From the human T2T-CHM13v2.0 reference genome, Homo sapiens: 64,000 bases of DNA. The notes under the pieces were generated by a model. The model had not been told where the DNA came from. It saw nothing but the letters and a program-made list of their open reading frames with translations, and searched no databases. The stretch lies in assembly GCF_009914755.1 (NCBI RefSeq), contig NC_060925.1, one strand, 5' to 3'. A program made the position numbers and the translations under genes. Of the stretch, positions 29,384-44,175 are shown piece by piece. Each line of letters begins with the position of its first letter. Position 1 is the first letter of the stretch.

Positions 29384-29802
29384 TGTGTTAGTCCATTTTG
29401 CATTTCAAAGGAATATCTGAGGCTGAGCAGTTTATAAAGAAAAGATGTTTATTTGGACTCATGTTTCTGCAGACAGTACAAGAAGCACAATGCCAACAAC
29501 TGCTTCTGGTGAGGGCCTCAGGATGCTTACAGTCATGGCAGAAGGTGAAGGGGAAGCAGGTGTGTCACAAGGCAAGAGAGAGAATAAGACAGAGAGGAGG
29601 AGGTGCCAGACTCCTTTTAACAAATAGCTCTTGCATGAACTAATAGAGCAAAACCTCACTTATCACCATGGAGATGGCACTAAGCCATTCTTGAGAAAGC
29701 CACCTCCATGACCCAACACCTCCCGCTATGCCCCATCTCCAACACACTGGAGATCATATTTCAACATGAGATTTGGAGGGGACAAATATCCAAACCATAT
29801 CA
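29384..29802 (-). mobile_element. MSTB-like MaLR solo LTR
   Basis: TG...CA ends; TSD ccgtc (29379-29383) / ccatc (29803-29807), differing by a CpG transition. Confidence 0.88.
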
Positions 29803-30839
29803 CCATCCTTCAATGGTCAGCTCCTCTCTGTAGCCATCTCAGCCCTCCCTCCCTCCTCATGTCCCCTCATCTGTGTTCCTGAGCACCCTATACCCACCTC
29901 TGGGACAGTCCATGCACATGGCAGCATGAGTCGTGCATTTATGTAACTATCTTTTCTGCGAAGCTGGGTTCCCCCGAGGCAGGGTCCAAGCCTCAGGCAT
30001 TGGTAGCTCTCCAATATCATGCCCTGTTCCTGGCATATGGTGGGTCCTCATGTTGGTGGTCACTGTTAAAGCCCAATCATAAAGCCAGATGGAGTGATGT
30101 TACCAGGTCTTAGATGTCAGAAGGTCCTTGTGCCTTGACATAGGTCCAGCATAAGCTGTTATAATATACACCAAATACATGGGACCCTCTTAGGTTCCCT
30201 TTCCTTTTCCAGACACAAGTCCTTTGACACACGTCAGTGTTGTTCCTGTCGATTCAGTACCCCATCCCCAAGTTCTGACCTGCAGAGGCATGATGAAGCA
30301 TTTTCATCGCTGTGGTGAATCTTATTAATATCGGCACACAGATTGGCCTATTCATCAGTGCATATAAAAAACTAGCCACAGAAAAGGAAAAACTTGACCA
30401 TAGGCCAAGGAGTTTGCGGGGCTTATATTTATCCAAATTATTTTGGCATTAATACCATGCTGCAAAGTCTACAAAATCAAAAACGCGGAACTCTGGAAAT
30501 GAGCAAGGTTAAACTAAGACCCGTTGCTGTAGTTATTTGCAATTACCACTCACTGCCTGAGTCTGCAGTGAGCTGCCCAGCAATAGCCTGTGCTCCCCTG
30601 GGATTCTGCCCATGAGGTCCCTGGTGCCACCTGCAGCCTCCCAATGCCATCTCCAGCCTGGGAAAGAGAGTGAGCATAGGCATGGGAGGCATTAACCAGA
30701 GAGAGGATGCATACAGTAATGAGATCAAAGTGGAGGTGAGGGCTTGTGCATTCAGGTCTGTGGATCAGGCTGATGATAGCAGACAAAAGTACAGGAAGGA
30801 TGCTTACTTCTTGACATCAGTCTTCCAATAACGTGGCCA

Positions 30840-31040
30840 AGAGTCGAAGCTCTGCTCACCACTCACAAACTGTGAACGTTTGGGCAAGTTACTTATCCTC
30901 TCTGGGCCAGTCTCCTCATCCGTAAACTTGGAAATCATGGCCCCTGTGTCACAGGGCTGTCATGAGGATCAAGTTAACAATATATAAAAGTGTGTTTGAA
31001 CAGTGTCTGGGGCATGATATGTGTTACAAGCTTGTTGTTA
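30840..31040 (+). mobile_element. MIR SINE
   Basis: 'gggcaagttacttatcctctctgggccagtctcctcatccgtaaa...cagggctgtcatgaggatcaa'. Confidence 0.75.
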
Positions 31041-32104
31041 TCTTTATCTGGACTCGGTCCTCCTTTCTGATCACCTTACTAGGTGACATCACATTCAGCT
31101 TTTATTCATTCATTCAATAAACACCTACTGAGTGCAGCTAGAGCACACTTTCCTCTGCAGGGCCAAACCCAAACTCTTTCAAGGCCCAACTCTCCATGAA
31201 GCTTTTCCAGTTATCCCCCATGGACATGACCATCCCCTCCTCCTCACTTCATTTTTTCCTCTCTTTTAGCACTTAATCCTTTTAAGTTCAAATCATAGCT
31301 TAAAGCTTCCTGAGGACAGAACCAGTGTCTGATTCATTTTTATGTTTCCCACAGCATCATCTCTCACACTGAGTGTGAAGTCATTAAATAGTGTGGAATG
31401 AATAAAGGAAAACTTAGGATGAAAAGCAGGAAAAAGCAGCTCTCTGGGCTTCTCATCACCAGAGCCTGTTTTTAAAAGGTAGCTAGGAGACCATAAATTG
31501 AACCGTCTACAAAAATTATTTTGTACTTAGTTTATGCACTGCACAAACCAACACATAATTTTTTTAAATGAGAAAACCCAATGTCTTCACCATAGGATAT
31601 AATAATCAAGAAAAAGGGAAGAACCCAGTGCCCGTTTGCAGTCCTGAATGCTGCTCCCCCATCCCTGCTCCAGGGTCACCGAGCTTCTAGTGAATCCAAG
31701 CACCTAACTGCCACCAGACTCCCTGTGGTTCTGCTGAGGCCTTCCCACTGCCCACAGTGCTGGGGTGAAACCTGCCTTGCCCTCCCTAAAACTCTCACTC
31801 TCTCATAAAGCTTACCATCTCATCTCACATTTCACCATGATTTGGGGGCCACAGAATGAATGTCCCCATTTCCTCCACTTTATCCCCATCCTTTTTCCTT
31901 CCACCACATCTGAGAAGACCAACCACTCTCCCTTCCAAAGGCCCTCTTTCCTGGGCTCAGGTTATCCTCCCCTGGTTCTGACTTCCCCAATCTTGCTTTC
32001 CTCCCTCCAGCCTTTTCCCCTCTTCCACTTATTAGGACAATCTCTACTCCTGCACAAACTTAAGCAGTTTACTTAACCTCAACTATAAAAGCTAAGGTAA
32101 TTTT

Positions 32105-32283
32105 TGGTTTAGGTTTTTCTTGATTTTTCAGAAAGACAGGCAGGATCTTGCTCTGTTGCCCAGGCTGGAGTACAGTGGTGCAATCATGGCTCACTGAAGC
32201 TTTGAACTCCTGGGCTCAAGCAATCCTCCTGCCTCAGCCTCCCAAAACAATGGGATTACAAGCATAAGCTGCTGTGCCCAGAC
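32105..32283 (-). mobile_element. Alu monomer (FLAM-like)
   Basis: Single reverse Alu arm. Confidence 0.75.
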
Positions 32284-32842
32284 AAAAACTAAGATAATAA
32301 TAAAACTCATCTCTCAGATCACACGTGAGAAAGGATTTGCAAAGCAAAGAGCTTACAAAAATGTTAGGCATTTTCATGTCTTCCTGTGGACAGAGATCAC
32401 CATTTTTAATTCCTCTTTGGATCATCCACAATGTCTTTTAAAGGGTATGGCATATAGTAGGAATTCAATAGATGAGGCACATATTGGCTTAATGAGTAAG
32501 CCCTGGTATGAATGAATCAAAACCCGCACATCCATTTCACTGATCAATTTATCTCTAAGTGAGAGTGTTTGGCCTTAACACCTTACTCTCAATCAAGTGA
32601 GAAAATTCCTGCTGGGTGGACCCCCTCTCTCAGAAAAGAGTCTTTTGGGTCAAATTGGTAATGAAGTTGTAATCTGAAACAGTTTCACACCTGAGCTCCT
32701 AACAACTCTAGGAGAAAATTCAGCTGTTGGGTGTGGCTAAGATTCATAAATATCATCAATTTGTTAAGAACTTAGATTATAATCAACCATAGAGCTAATC
32801 TGTTAGTTACAGAACACTGTTTTGGGGGGTATTTTGGTTATT

Positions 32843-33142
32843 TTGTTTTGTTTTGTTGAGACAGCATCTTGCTTTGTCACCCAGGCTGGAGTGCAGTGGC
32901 ATGATCATGGTTCACTGCAGCCTTCCTGTGCTCAAGAGATCCTCCTGTCTCAGCCTCCTGAGTAGCTGGGACCACAGGTGTGTGCCACCATGCCCAGCTA
33001 ACATTTTTATTTTATTTTATTTTTTGCAGAGATGGGGGTCTTACTATGTTGCCCAAGCTGGTCTCAAACTCCTGAGCTCAAGTGATATTCCTTCCTCTCC
33101 TCCCAAAGGATTGCAATCACAGGTGTGACCCACTGCACCCAG
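32843..33142 (-). mobile_element. AluJ-like
   Basis: Reverse dimeric Alu, 'atcatggttcactgcagcc'. Confidence 0.85.
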
Positions 33143-33685
33143 CAGAACATTGTTTTAATGCTGTGGTATATAAATTTGTTGATTTCTTTAGGCCAGTGCA
33201 TATATATTACTTGTTGATGTAAATAATCTGTTATATGAATTTGTTGGTTTTGCTCATCTGTGTACCCTAGGTCTTCAGAAGCTCTGATGAGCAGGGTGTC
33301 ACATATACCCAGGCCTCCCCAACGTTAAGGGACAAAACACCTTTCCTATCACACACACTGCTGCCCCCTTAGACTGCCATCCTATACCTTGCTTTCCTTC
33401 TCTTATCAAACCCCCGTCACAATAGCCTGCAATACTCCAATATTTGAAGCTCCTGAAATATCATCAGTTCTGCTCCACTCAGCTGCATTCTCCAATGACC
33501 TAATTACCAAATTCAGCGCATTTTATTTGATTTTCTACAATGTTTCAAACTGCTAGCCAGCCCATCTGTTTTGAACCTCTTGCCTTCTTTCCCAGACAAG
33601 ATAACATCTCTGTGCTCCCATTGTTCCTCAGCCCCAACCTGCACCTCATTTCCCAAACTTCAGGCCCCAGCTGCTGATCCCCTAG

Positions 33686-34181
<496 letters not shown>

Positions 34182-34516
34182 TGACTCACATTCCTCATCA
34201 GGAGCCAGGCTCTGTTCTGTCACATATCCCACAAGAACAGACTGGGTGCCCACCCTGTGTGGGCATTGCCCAGGGGCGGGGGCTGCAGCATTGAACAGGA
34301 CAGGGCCGCTGTCCTCATGGATGGGGGAACCCACACGGTAAGCCAAAAATAAACATAAAATATTACATCAGGTGGTGATGAACGCTATGAACAAAAATAC
34401 AACAGGCTTAGGAGATCATGGCGGGGAGGCCTCCATTTTCTTTTCTTTTTCTTACCATTTTAGGAGTTTATAGTGTTTCACACAGATATTGAACACTCTG
34501 GGTCAAGATGAGCTCA

Positions 34517-34978
<462 letters not shown>

Positions 34979-35631
34979 TTAGAAGAAAATCAGGAGTGCA
35001 CTTTCCCAGAAGCAAAGCAAAGAAACATCCCAAGAAGAGTCGGCGGAGCCCAGGGCCCCAGTAGGGTGAAGACAGCATCGGCCATTGGCTTTGGCAACCT
35101 GGAGCTCGAAAGAGGAGACAAGGGTAGTTTCAGTGGTGCATGGGAGGGAACCCGTGAGAGAATGGAAAGTGAGGGATGAAGCAGACACAGCAAGAGCACA
35201 CAGCCCTTCTCAGGAGCTTTAAGAGAAACAGGAGCAGAGAAATGGAGCAGGAGTTAAAACTAAGTCTAACATGAGGCGTTTTATGTTAGGAGATTCCAGC
35301 ATATTTATATGCTGATGAGTATGAGCCAGGGGAGAAGGAAAATGTGAAGATGTCAGGGAAAAAGAAGTAATTGTAGAAGCAAACACTTGATTGGAGGGAG
35401 GGTTTAGGAACCATAGCACACATAGGGAGTTTGGCTTGGGACGAGCAGAGAGTTTTCTTGAACTCCTCCCTTAGATCCCTAATCACTTATCTCTAAGCTA
35501 TACTCGTGACATCTTAAATCTTGAATCAATCACCAAATGTAGTAATTTATTCACCCCATAGTATTGATCATCTTTTGTCCCTTGATTTTCATTCTCACTG
35601 CCGTCATTTGGTAACTAAATTATCACATCTT

Positions 35632-35729
35632 GGAGAATCACTTGAACCTGGGAGGCAGTGAGCCGAGATCGTGCCACTGCACTCTAGTCAGGGTGACAGA
35701 GCAAGACTTCATCTCAAAAAAAAAAAAAA
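35632..35729 (+). mobile_element. 5'-truncated Alu right-arm fragment
   Basis: 'ggagaatcacttgaacctgggaggcagtgagccgagatcgtgccactgc' plus poly-A. Confidence 0.85.
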
Positions 35730-36979
35730 GGTAAAAGATGTTTGTTTTAATTTTCAAACCATAACCACACTGAGCCCCTACCTGCCCAGAGCAGCAGGAT
35801 GACCAGTCTCTTTCCATAATTCCCTTCTCCAAATACCCTGAGTACAGATAAGGTGGCACCTGCAGTCCATGGATCAGCCTGTGAGAGACTCCAATGCTCC
35901 CCTTGAAGCTACAATCACTGATGTCCAGACACTGGTCTCTGCTGCCTCCTGTCCCTTCCCTGCTAAGGCAAGGGCCTGGGGTCCCTGTTGGAATCCAGAG
36001 GATGAAGCAGGGCAAAGACAAGCCCCCAGTAGCTAGCCACAATGGTCACCTTGCTCATCAACATTCAGCAGACAGGGGAAGAGGAGGAGAGATTGCCCAG
36101 GGAGATTGTATAAGCCAGGCCTGGAAGGGATACCCATGGCCACACCTAAAGAGCCTGGAATATTTGGTCTAGCTGTATTCCCAGGAAGAAGAGAAAACAG
36201 GTTTGTTGGGTGGTAGTGACACATGATCATCTTACGAACCTGGGATAATAATAGATGTTGCATAAGGACTGGCTGAGGATACGAGATTATAGGTGACACA
36301 AAGTTTCTTAGCATATTACTTGGCACTTACATGATGGGCAAATGATCAGCTTCCTAAGTCTTCTCCCTTTTTCCCTCCTCCCTAGTCTCTCTTTTCACCA
36401 ATCCTTTCTACCATTTGTTTCCTCATTAGTATTTCTAAAAGTTCTACTTTTCTCAAGTCATTACCTACTCCCCACCCCAATCAGAAAATGCTGGTAGTTC
36501 CCCCATTGCCTTCAGGACCAAGTCCAAATTCCAGAACCTGGCATTAAGTCTCCCACCCCAAAGGGATCGCTCTTCCACCCCTATTCCCATCATGAAGCTG
36601 CTCTATTCTCAGAACACACCAGGTGGGTTCACTGCAAGTGTAATGTGTCCCATCTCTGCCCCCACCCAAATCTTATTCATGTTTCAAAAACGAATTCATA
36701 TCCTACCTTTTCCATGAGCCTCCTCTGACCACGCAGGCATCCCTTCCTCAGTTGAAGTCCTGTAGCACACATCATTTCTTCTCACTGGACATGTGTGACA
36801 TTTCTTCACATTATTCATTAACTTCCGTCTGTGTGAATCTTCCTCCCACAATGGTACTGGAGTTCCCTAAGGACAAGAACCATGCCTCACTCTAGATTGC
36901 CTAGCACAGTCCTTTTTGCAAAAAAGATGATTAAATAAATGTATTAAAGCACACATTTCAAGAGTAAGATGTACTAGGA

Positions 36980-37160
36980 AGAGCTCAGATCTGAGCTTTA
37001 AATCCCAGGTACAACATTTGCAAGTTGCATGGTTAGAAACTTCTAAGTCAGAGCTAATTACAGCTACCTGACAGGGGGGTTTTGAGTATTAAGTGAGATA
37101 ATGTATATAAGGCACCTAATATGTACCTGAAGCACGGTGGGCTCTCAACAAATTCCCTTC
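36980..37160 (+). mobile_element. MIR SINE
   Basis: 'gagtattaagtgagataatgtatataaggcacctaa...gctctcaacaaat'. Confidence 0.6.
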
Positions 37161-39267
37161 TCCTGCCACCCTACCTGAAACTGACATAGAATGACAAGGG
37201 ACAAACCTGTTAGGAGACAGGCAAAGATGATAAAGGTACTTTCCATTCCACAGCTCAGAGATCCTGTTCCAGGAAGCATCTGTTTTGACAAGGTGTGAGG
37301 ACTCTAAGGGAGGCTGAAACTCTAAGGGAGACAATGAGATGCTAACAAGCTGGAAATCAGATGCATTTCAAGAACCATTTACACCCCAACAGGCTGACCT
37401 CAGAAGGGCACTCGAGACTGCCCACTGCTTTGTACTGCAGGAAGGTGAGTGTTCAACCCTAAAGAGGCGCTGGTCCAGGAAGCCCTGGTTCAGTATCCCA
37501 GTGGCTGAGGTCTGACCTGTAGCCTGTTCTCAACCAAATGGAGGAAGATGGGGGGTCACTCAGGCCCAGACCAGAAAGCAGGCTCACCGCCCTCTTACTT
37601 GCTGTCAAATTTCCTAACCAGTCATTAGAAGAGTCACTCTGTGGGACACCCAGTTGAGTCCATGCTATTAATAACATAATAAATGTGTGCAACTCAGGAT
37701 AAAAATAATTCTCTGTACCTACATAGAAGGATGTGTGCATGGGCCTGTATGTCCTTTGAAGCACCATTAATGATTGAACAAGAATTCATTGCACCTTTTT
37801 TTTCCAGAGCAGCCTCTGACACTTTATAATCTGAGAAAAAAATGGCAGAACTTCTGCATCTCACGTGGAGCAGTTGAGTTTCCTGCCCACTTGTTTTCTC
37901 AGATAAACCCGAGTCAGGCTCCCAACTCTCCAGCCCACCCACCCAGGACTTTGCGCAGAGATTTGCCTTCATTTCCTCATCTGTACCCGGTGTGACAACA
38001 CTTACCTTGCAGGTAGTCATGAGCATTAAATAGAGGAAACTAATCTTCCTAAAGTGCTGGTATCGTGCTTGCTGTTCCAACCCTGATAGCCATCATTACA
38101 TTATTACAAGTCAAGCTGAAGGGCAGGAGAATAAATTGTAAGAATTTATTAAGCGTGGGTAGGGACCGAGTCTGGGCAGCCACAAGCAAAAATGGGAAAG
38201 GGATTCGCATGGTGGGAATGGCATTTGCCCATCTCCATTTTCGAGGCCTCTCTCTGGGTTCAACAGTTCTTCTAAGATCACATATGGCTGTCTGGCCACT
38301 TTAGTTGTAAGCTTTCTCTGCTTCCAAGAGATGTGAACTCATTTCAAGCAGCTCATTGGCAGCCCTCCTGCCCATTCTATGCATATTTTACAGAGGAGAG
38401 CTTTGAAGCTTAAGCAAAATGGCATTTGCAAGGTCACAGAGCTCACTGGTGGCAGAGCTGGGATACAGGACTATTGGATTCAAAGCCCCCCACCCACTCT
38501 TTACCTCCCTCCCCTTTCTAAAGCATGACCCACTGGAGCTTTCACGGTGGGGGCTATAGATTGTGGAAAAAAGTGGCAACATGACTGTGAACTTGCATCT
38601 GATCCAGTGATTCCAAATTCCCTTACAATTGAGGCAGAGACTCCGCCAAAGGGACTGGTGAGCCCTGTGACTGGCCCCATCACCATGACAACACTCCTGT
38701 TCCAGCGCCTCAAGGGATCTCCACTCTCCTACCTTCTCACGTAGGTGGGAAAGGTGGCGTCCTCACCTACATGTACGGCCAGGACTCCCATAATTTAAGA
38801 AGAGCCAGCTAGATCACTAAAATGGTCTCCATGCTACACGTTACAACTGCACATCTCAGCACCCAAAGCCTTCACTGGAGAGAGAAAACCGTGCCTGGGT
38901 GACTCGTGACTCGACATTGGCTCCGGACGTGTCAGTACAGAGGAACGTCGGTACCGGATCCCAGACATAGGGCTGAGCCCAGCTGGTTCTCATTCTCTTC
39001 TGGGGCCAGGCCTGCTGCTGGTTTCATTTAATTGAATATTTTGATTGTTTGATTTCTGTAGCCAGAAGCCTGTAGGCAGTAAATGCCCTTTTCCATCAGT
39101 TCAAGAAAGAAAATGTACCTGCCGAGGTAGTATTTGCTTCGCTGAGCGGCTGACTTATTTTAAGAACTAAATCTTTCCTGTTACTATATTTTTCACTCTG
39201 GGGTGTGCGCGCTCCAAGACTGACAGTAACTCAGGTCTAGGACAGGAGCGTCCTCTCGGCGATGACT

Positions 39268-39286
39268 TAGCGCCACCTACTGACCA
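39268..39286 (-). promoter_or_regulatory. Candidate CTCF binding site
   Basis: Minus strand reads TGGTCAGTAGGTGGCGCTA, close to the CTCF core consensus, in a locally CpG-retaining non-repeat stretch. Confidence 0.7.
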
Positions 39287-39930
39287 CTTGCTCTACAGCG
39301 GCCACGTTCAGCAACCACGGTGATCTCGACAGACACGAAAATGTTCTGTGCTCTCAACGAGAAGTTCTGCATGTATTCTTCCCTTCTCACATAGCAGAGC
39401 TTGCCTAGCAGAATTGTGCTCCTTTTATTTTTTAATATAAGTAAGTTAAGACACAGGGCTCCAGCAAGAAAGCTGAGCAAGTTCTCCATTTGGCAACTGT
39501 TTCATACTTCCCGACTTTGGCGGCTGTCATTTATAAATGATGAGCTCATGAGTGAGGAGGCTGATGCAACCCCCAGGGGCCCAAAACACAAGCATGGAGA
39601 AAGACAGCCCTCCTGTGGGATCTGATGCAATCGTCTTGTCTTCTTTAGGCTTTGATACCAGTGTTTCTAAACTTTAGGTGCAAGATTATCCTCACAGCAC
39701 CTCTAAGGAGTATAAACCCCAGGGTTATTACTTACAGGTTACCACAGCAACTCATATGTAAAGAGTTGGAAAGTCCTTCCTCTGTGGTGATTGAGAGTAG
39801 ACATGGAGCTGTTTGCAACCCCCTAAACACATTGCCCCCTTGCCACACAATAGCAAAAATTGAGAATTATCATCCTGTCACCACCCAGTGGCTCTGGGCC
39901 CTCAAGCTCCCAATTACTTACAGATATCTA

Positions 39931-40158
39931 CAGCAGAGTCTCTTGACCTTCGCACCATCGGGTCAGATAGGTCTTTGTTGTTGGGAGGCTGCCTGCGCAT
40001 TATGAGCATTTAGTAGTATCCTTGGCCTCTACCCACTGGTGTCACTGGCACCCCACCACTGTCCCCAAACCTCCACCCCTGTTATAACAATCAAAATACC
40101 TATAGACATTGCCAAATGTTTCCTGGGGGTACAAAATCACCTCTGCTTAAGAACCACC
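39931..40158 (+). mobile_element. MER20 hAT MITE
   Basis: 'ccttggcctctacccactggtg...tagacattgccaaatgtttcctggggg...ttaagaaccac'. Confidence 0.8.
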
Positions 40159-40289
40159 TATCTGGAAGGCAAATACGTGGAATATAAGAAGAACAACAAC
40201 AGTAATAATTACTAGTACTGCTATCATTTAAAAGGTAAAATTGCACCACCAGCTAATGGATAAGTCATCGGCTTCCTAAAAGGCACTAA

Positions 40290-40480
40290 TTACGTGCTGA
40301 GACTTTTATGGCCTTATCTTATTTAGTCTTCACAACCAAGAAACCAGTCTGTGTTGACAAAACATTCACATTACAAGGAAACTGAAGATCAGAGATGCCA
40401 AGTAACTTGGCCAAGGGTGCAGAGCTGTCAGTGGCTGAACTACCATTTGAAAGCAGACTTTCCTGACTGTAAAATCTGAG
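40290..40480 (-). mobile_element. MIR SINE
   Basis: 'aggaaactgaagatcagagatgccaagtaacttggccaaggg'. Confidence 0.65.
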
Positions 40481-40798
40481 CCTGTCACCACCTCCAGATC
40501 CTGAGGTCACATAGCACAGATAGTTCTGGAACAGTCCTCACTCTCAAAAGTTCTGCCAGAGTATGCTAGCACTATTCAAATAATATATCTAGATTTAGAT
40601 TTAAAGACATAAAGACTGTAGCTATCCTCTGTAAGAAATTGACCCAAAGTGTGACTGCTGTGGAGGTTTTCCAATAGGGGAATAGAGCGGGCCAGAGTCT
40701 TGGCCAGTAATTGACTGTATGGCCTTTATTTGGGGTCAGTTACTTAAGCTCTTGAAGTCTCTTCTTGTTCATATATAAGATAAAAAATTTTGTCAGAG

Positions 40799-43386
40799 CA
40801 ATGGTACTCAACTCTGGCTGCACATTAAAATCACTTGGGTAGCTTTTTGCCATGGTTTGGATCTGTGTCCCCACCCAAATCTCATGTAATCCCCAATGTT
40901 GGAGGTGGGGCCTGGTGTGAGGTGGGATTGGATCATGGGGGCAGATTTCCCCCTTGGTACTGTCCTCAAGATACTGAGTTCTCATGAGATCTGGTTGTTT
41001 AAAAGTATGTGGCACCTCCCTTCTCTTTCTCTTTTGCTCCTGCTCCTACCGTGAAGACATATCTGCTCCCCATTTGCCTTCTGCCATAATTGTAAGTTTC
41101 CTGAGGTCTTCCCAGAAGCCAAGCAGATGCCAGCATTGTGCTTCCTGTACAGTCTGTGGAACCATGAGCCAATTAAACCTCTTTTCTTTATAAATTACCC
41201 AATCTTGGGTGTTTGTTTGTGGCAATATGAGAATAGCCTAATACAGAAAATTGGTACCAGGAGTAGGATATTGCTATAAAGATACCCAAAAATGTGAAAG
41301 CAACTTTGAAACTGGGAAATAGGCAGAGGTTGGAAGAATGTGGAGGGCTAGAAGACAGGAAGTTGAGGGAAGGTTTGGAACATCCTAGAGAGTTGTTTAA
41401 TGGTTGTGATTAAAATGCTGACAGTGACGTGGACAGTGAAGTCCAGCCTGAAGATGTCTCAGATGGAAATGAGGAACTTATTGGGAATGAGTAAAGGTAA
41501 CCTTTGCTATGCCTTATCAGACAGCTTAGCTGCATTATGCCCCTGCTCTAGAGATCTGTGGGACTTTGAACTTGAGAGTGGTAATTTAGGATATCTGGCA
41601 GAAGAAATTTCTAAGCAGTAAAGTGTTCAAGATGTGACCTGGCTGCTTCTAACAGCCTATGCTCATATGTATGAGCAAAGAAATGACCTGAAGTTGGAAC
41701 TGATATTTAAATGGGAAACAGAGCATAAAAGTTTGGAAAATTTGCAGCTTGGCTGTGTGGTAGAAAAGAAAAGCCCGTTTTCAGGGAGGAATTTAAGCAG
41801 GCTGCAGAAATTTGCATAAATATAAAGGATCCAAGTGCTAATAGCCAAGGCAATGGAGAAAAGGCCTCAAAGGCATTTCAGAGACCTTTGCAGCAGCCCC
41901 TCCCATCATAGGCCCAGGGACCTAGGAGGAAAGAATGCTTTTGTGGGTTAGGCCCGGGGACTCTGCTGCCCTATGCAGCCTCAGGACACTGCTCTCCACA
42001 TCCCAGCCACTCCAACTTCAGGCATGGCTCAAAGGGATATAGTACAGGCCACTGCTTCAGAGGGTGCAAGTCATAAGCCTTGGCAATTTCCATGTGATAT
42101 TAAGCCTGCAGGTGCACAGAGTGCAAGGATTGAGGCTTGGGAGCCTCCACCTAGATTTCAGAGGATATATAGAAAAGCCTGGATGTCCAGGCAGAAGCCT
42201 GCAGCAGGGGCAGAAGCCTCATGGAGAACCTCTACTAGGGCAGTATGAAGGAGAAATGTTGAGTTGGAGCCTCCACAAAGAGTCCCCACTGGGGCACTGC
42301 TTAGTGGAGCTGCACAAAGAGAGCCACCGTCCTCCAGACCCCAGAATGTTAGAGCCACCAACAGCTTGCACTATGTGCCTGGAAAAGCCACAGTCAATGC
42401 CACCCTGTGAGAGCAACCATGGAGGCTGAACCCTGCAAAGTCATAGAGGCAGAGCTGCCCAAGGCCTGGGGAGAGCACTCCTCACACCAATGTGACCTGC
42501 ATGTGAGACATGGAGTCAAAAGAGTTTATTTTGGAGCTTTAAGTTTTAATGACTGCCCTGCTGGGTTTTGGACTCACATGGGGCCTGTAGTTCCTTTCTT
42601 TTGGCAGATTCGTCCCTTTTGAAATGGGAATGTTTACCCAATGCTAGTATCCTCATTGTATCTTGAAGCAAATAACTTCTTTTTTATTTTTTAGGCTCAT
42701 AGGTGGAAGGAACTTGCCTTGTCTCAGATGAGACTTTGAACTTTGGAATTTTGAGTTAATATTAGAATGAGTTAAGGCTTTGGGGGACTGTTGGGGAGGC
42801 ATTATTGTATTTTGAAATGTGAGAAGGAAATAAGATTGGGAGAAGTGCCAGGGGTGGAATTATATGGTTTAGATCTGTGTCCCCACCCAAATCTCATGTT
42901 GAATTGTAATCCCCAGTGTTGGAGGTGGGGCCTGGTGGGAGGTGATTGGATCATGAGGTCAGATTTCCCCCTTGGTGCTGTCCTCAAGACAGTGAGTGAG
43001 ATCTCATAAGATCTGGTTGTTTAAAAGTGTGTAGCACCGCCCCTTTCTCTGTTGCTCCTGCTCCTGCCATGTAAGACATATCTGCACCCACTTTGCCTTC
43101 CACCATAATTGTAAATTTCCTGAGGCCTCCCCAGAAGCTAAGCAGTTGCCAGCATCGTGTTTCCTTTACAGCCTGCAGATCTGTGAGCCAACAAAACCTC
43201 TTTTCTTTATGGATAACCTAGTCTCAGGTGTTGTTTTATAGCAATGTGAGAACAGCCTGATAGTTTTCAAATGGAATGCTTAAGCCCAACCCCAAATCAT
43301 TTAAACTAGAATCTCTGGGTCCCAGGCAATGATATTTTTAAAACCCGCAGGTGACTCTAATAGGACAGCCAGAATGGATACCCATG
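40799..43386. mobile_element. MER5B-like MITE split into 40799-40847 and 43264-43386 by the MSTA provirus
   Basis: Left half 'caatggtactcaactctggctgcacattaaaatcacttggg'; right half 'agaatctctggg...caggtgactctaataggacagcc'. Confidence 0.7.
40848..43263 (+). mobile_element. Complete MSTA MaLR provirus (5' LTR 40848-41245, internal 41246-42859, 3' LTR 42860-43263)
   Basis: Two colinear LTRs ('tctgtgtccccacccaaatctcatg'); ~1.6 kb MST-int-like interior; purine tract before the 3' LTR. Confidence 0.92.
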
Positions 43387-44009
43387 AGGCTGATGAACAG
43401 TAAGACCCTTCAGTTCTGTTTTTCTAACTTAGGTCCCAACTCTCCCAGGATCAGAAGCCATTCTTTTCTCCCTTACTGGGATCCATTCTGGGGGGTGGCT
43501 AGTTTCTCTGTCTCATAAGGCTGTCCCAAAAGCCTTGATTAATTTCCTGGAACTTTCTGACTGTCTCAACTGTCCTGCAGTCCCTGAACTGACCATTCCC
43601 AGCATCTCATTCTACCACCAAGAAGTATTGAAATCCCATCCCACTCTCCTGTGGTACATATGGGTTGGAAACTTCTACCAAAAGCTGCAAAGAGCAGGGA
43701 ACATGACAGAAGACAGCTGTGTCTACTGAAAGACTATCTTCTCCTTAGCCTCGTTGAATGCTTGCCCTGTTTGACTTTAATAAGGTTAATTCTAATCTGT
43801 AGCTTTTCCGGAGGTGAGAGAATCTCCCCTTTCTGAACATGACTCACTGGCTTCTATTTCAGCTCCCAAAGAAGAGTGTTAATGTCTCACTCAGCAGGTG
43901 ACTGAGAGAAGCTTTGGCCTTATGAGTCCCATATTCTTCACCCTTTTCTATGCCTCCTGTCACCCCTATTTCTACAACAGGAGAGCTTCGTGCAGCACTC
44001 TAAGATACA

Positions 44010-44175
44010 ACTAACAATAAAAGTAATTTATATCACTTACTACTCTCCAGATGCGAGGCTCTGCATAAAGTGTTTACATGCTTCATTTCATTTATTCTTC
44101 ACAAGTCCCCACATGAGATGGTATTATAGTTATTACCATCATCATTCCCATTTTATAAATGAGGAATCTGAGTAG
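44010..44175 (-). mobile_element. MIR SINE
   Basis: 'cattcccattttataaatgaggaatctgag'. Confidence 0.7.

Noticed and set aside
41400-42622. Cluster of ORFs in the provirus interior
   Set aside because: Broken remnants of the MaLR internal region with stops and frameshifts; no intact gag or pol.
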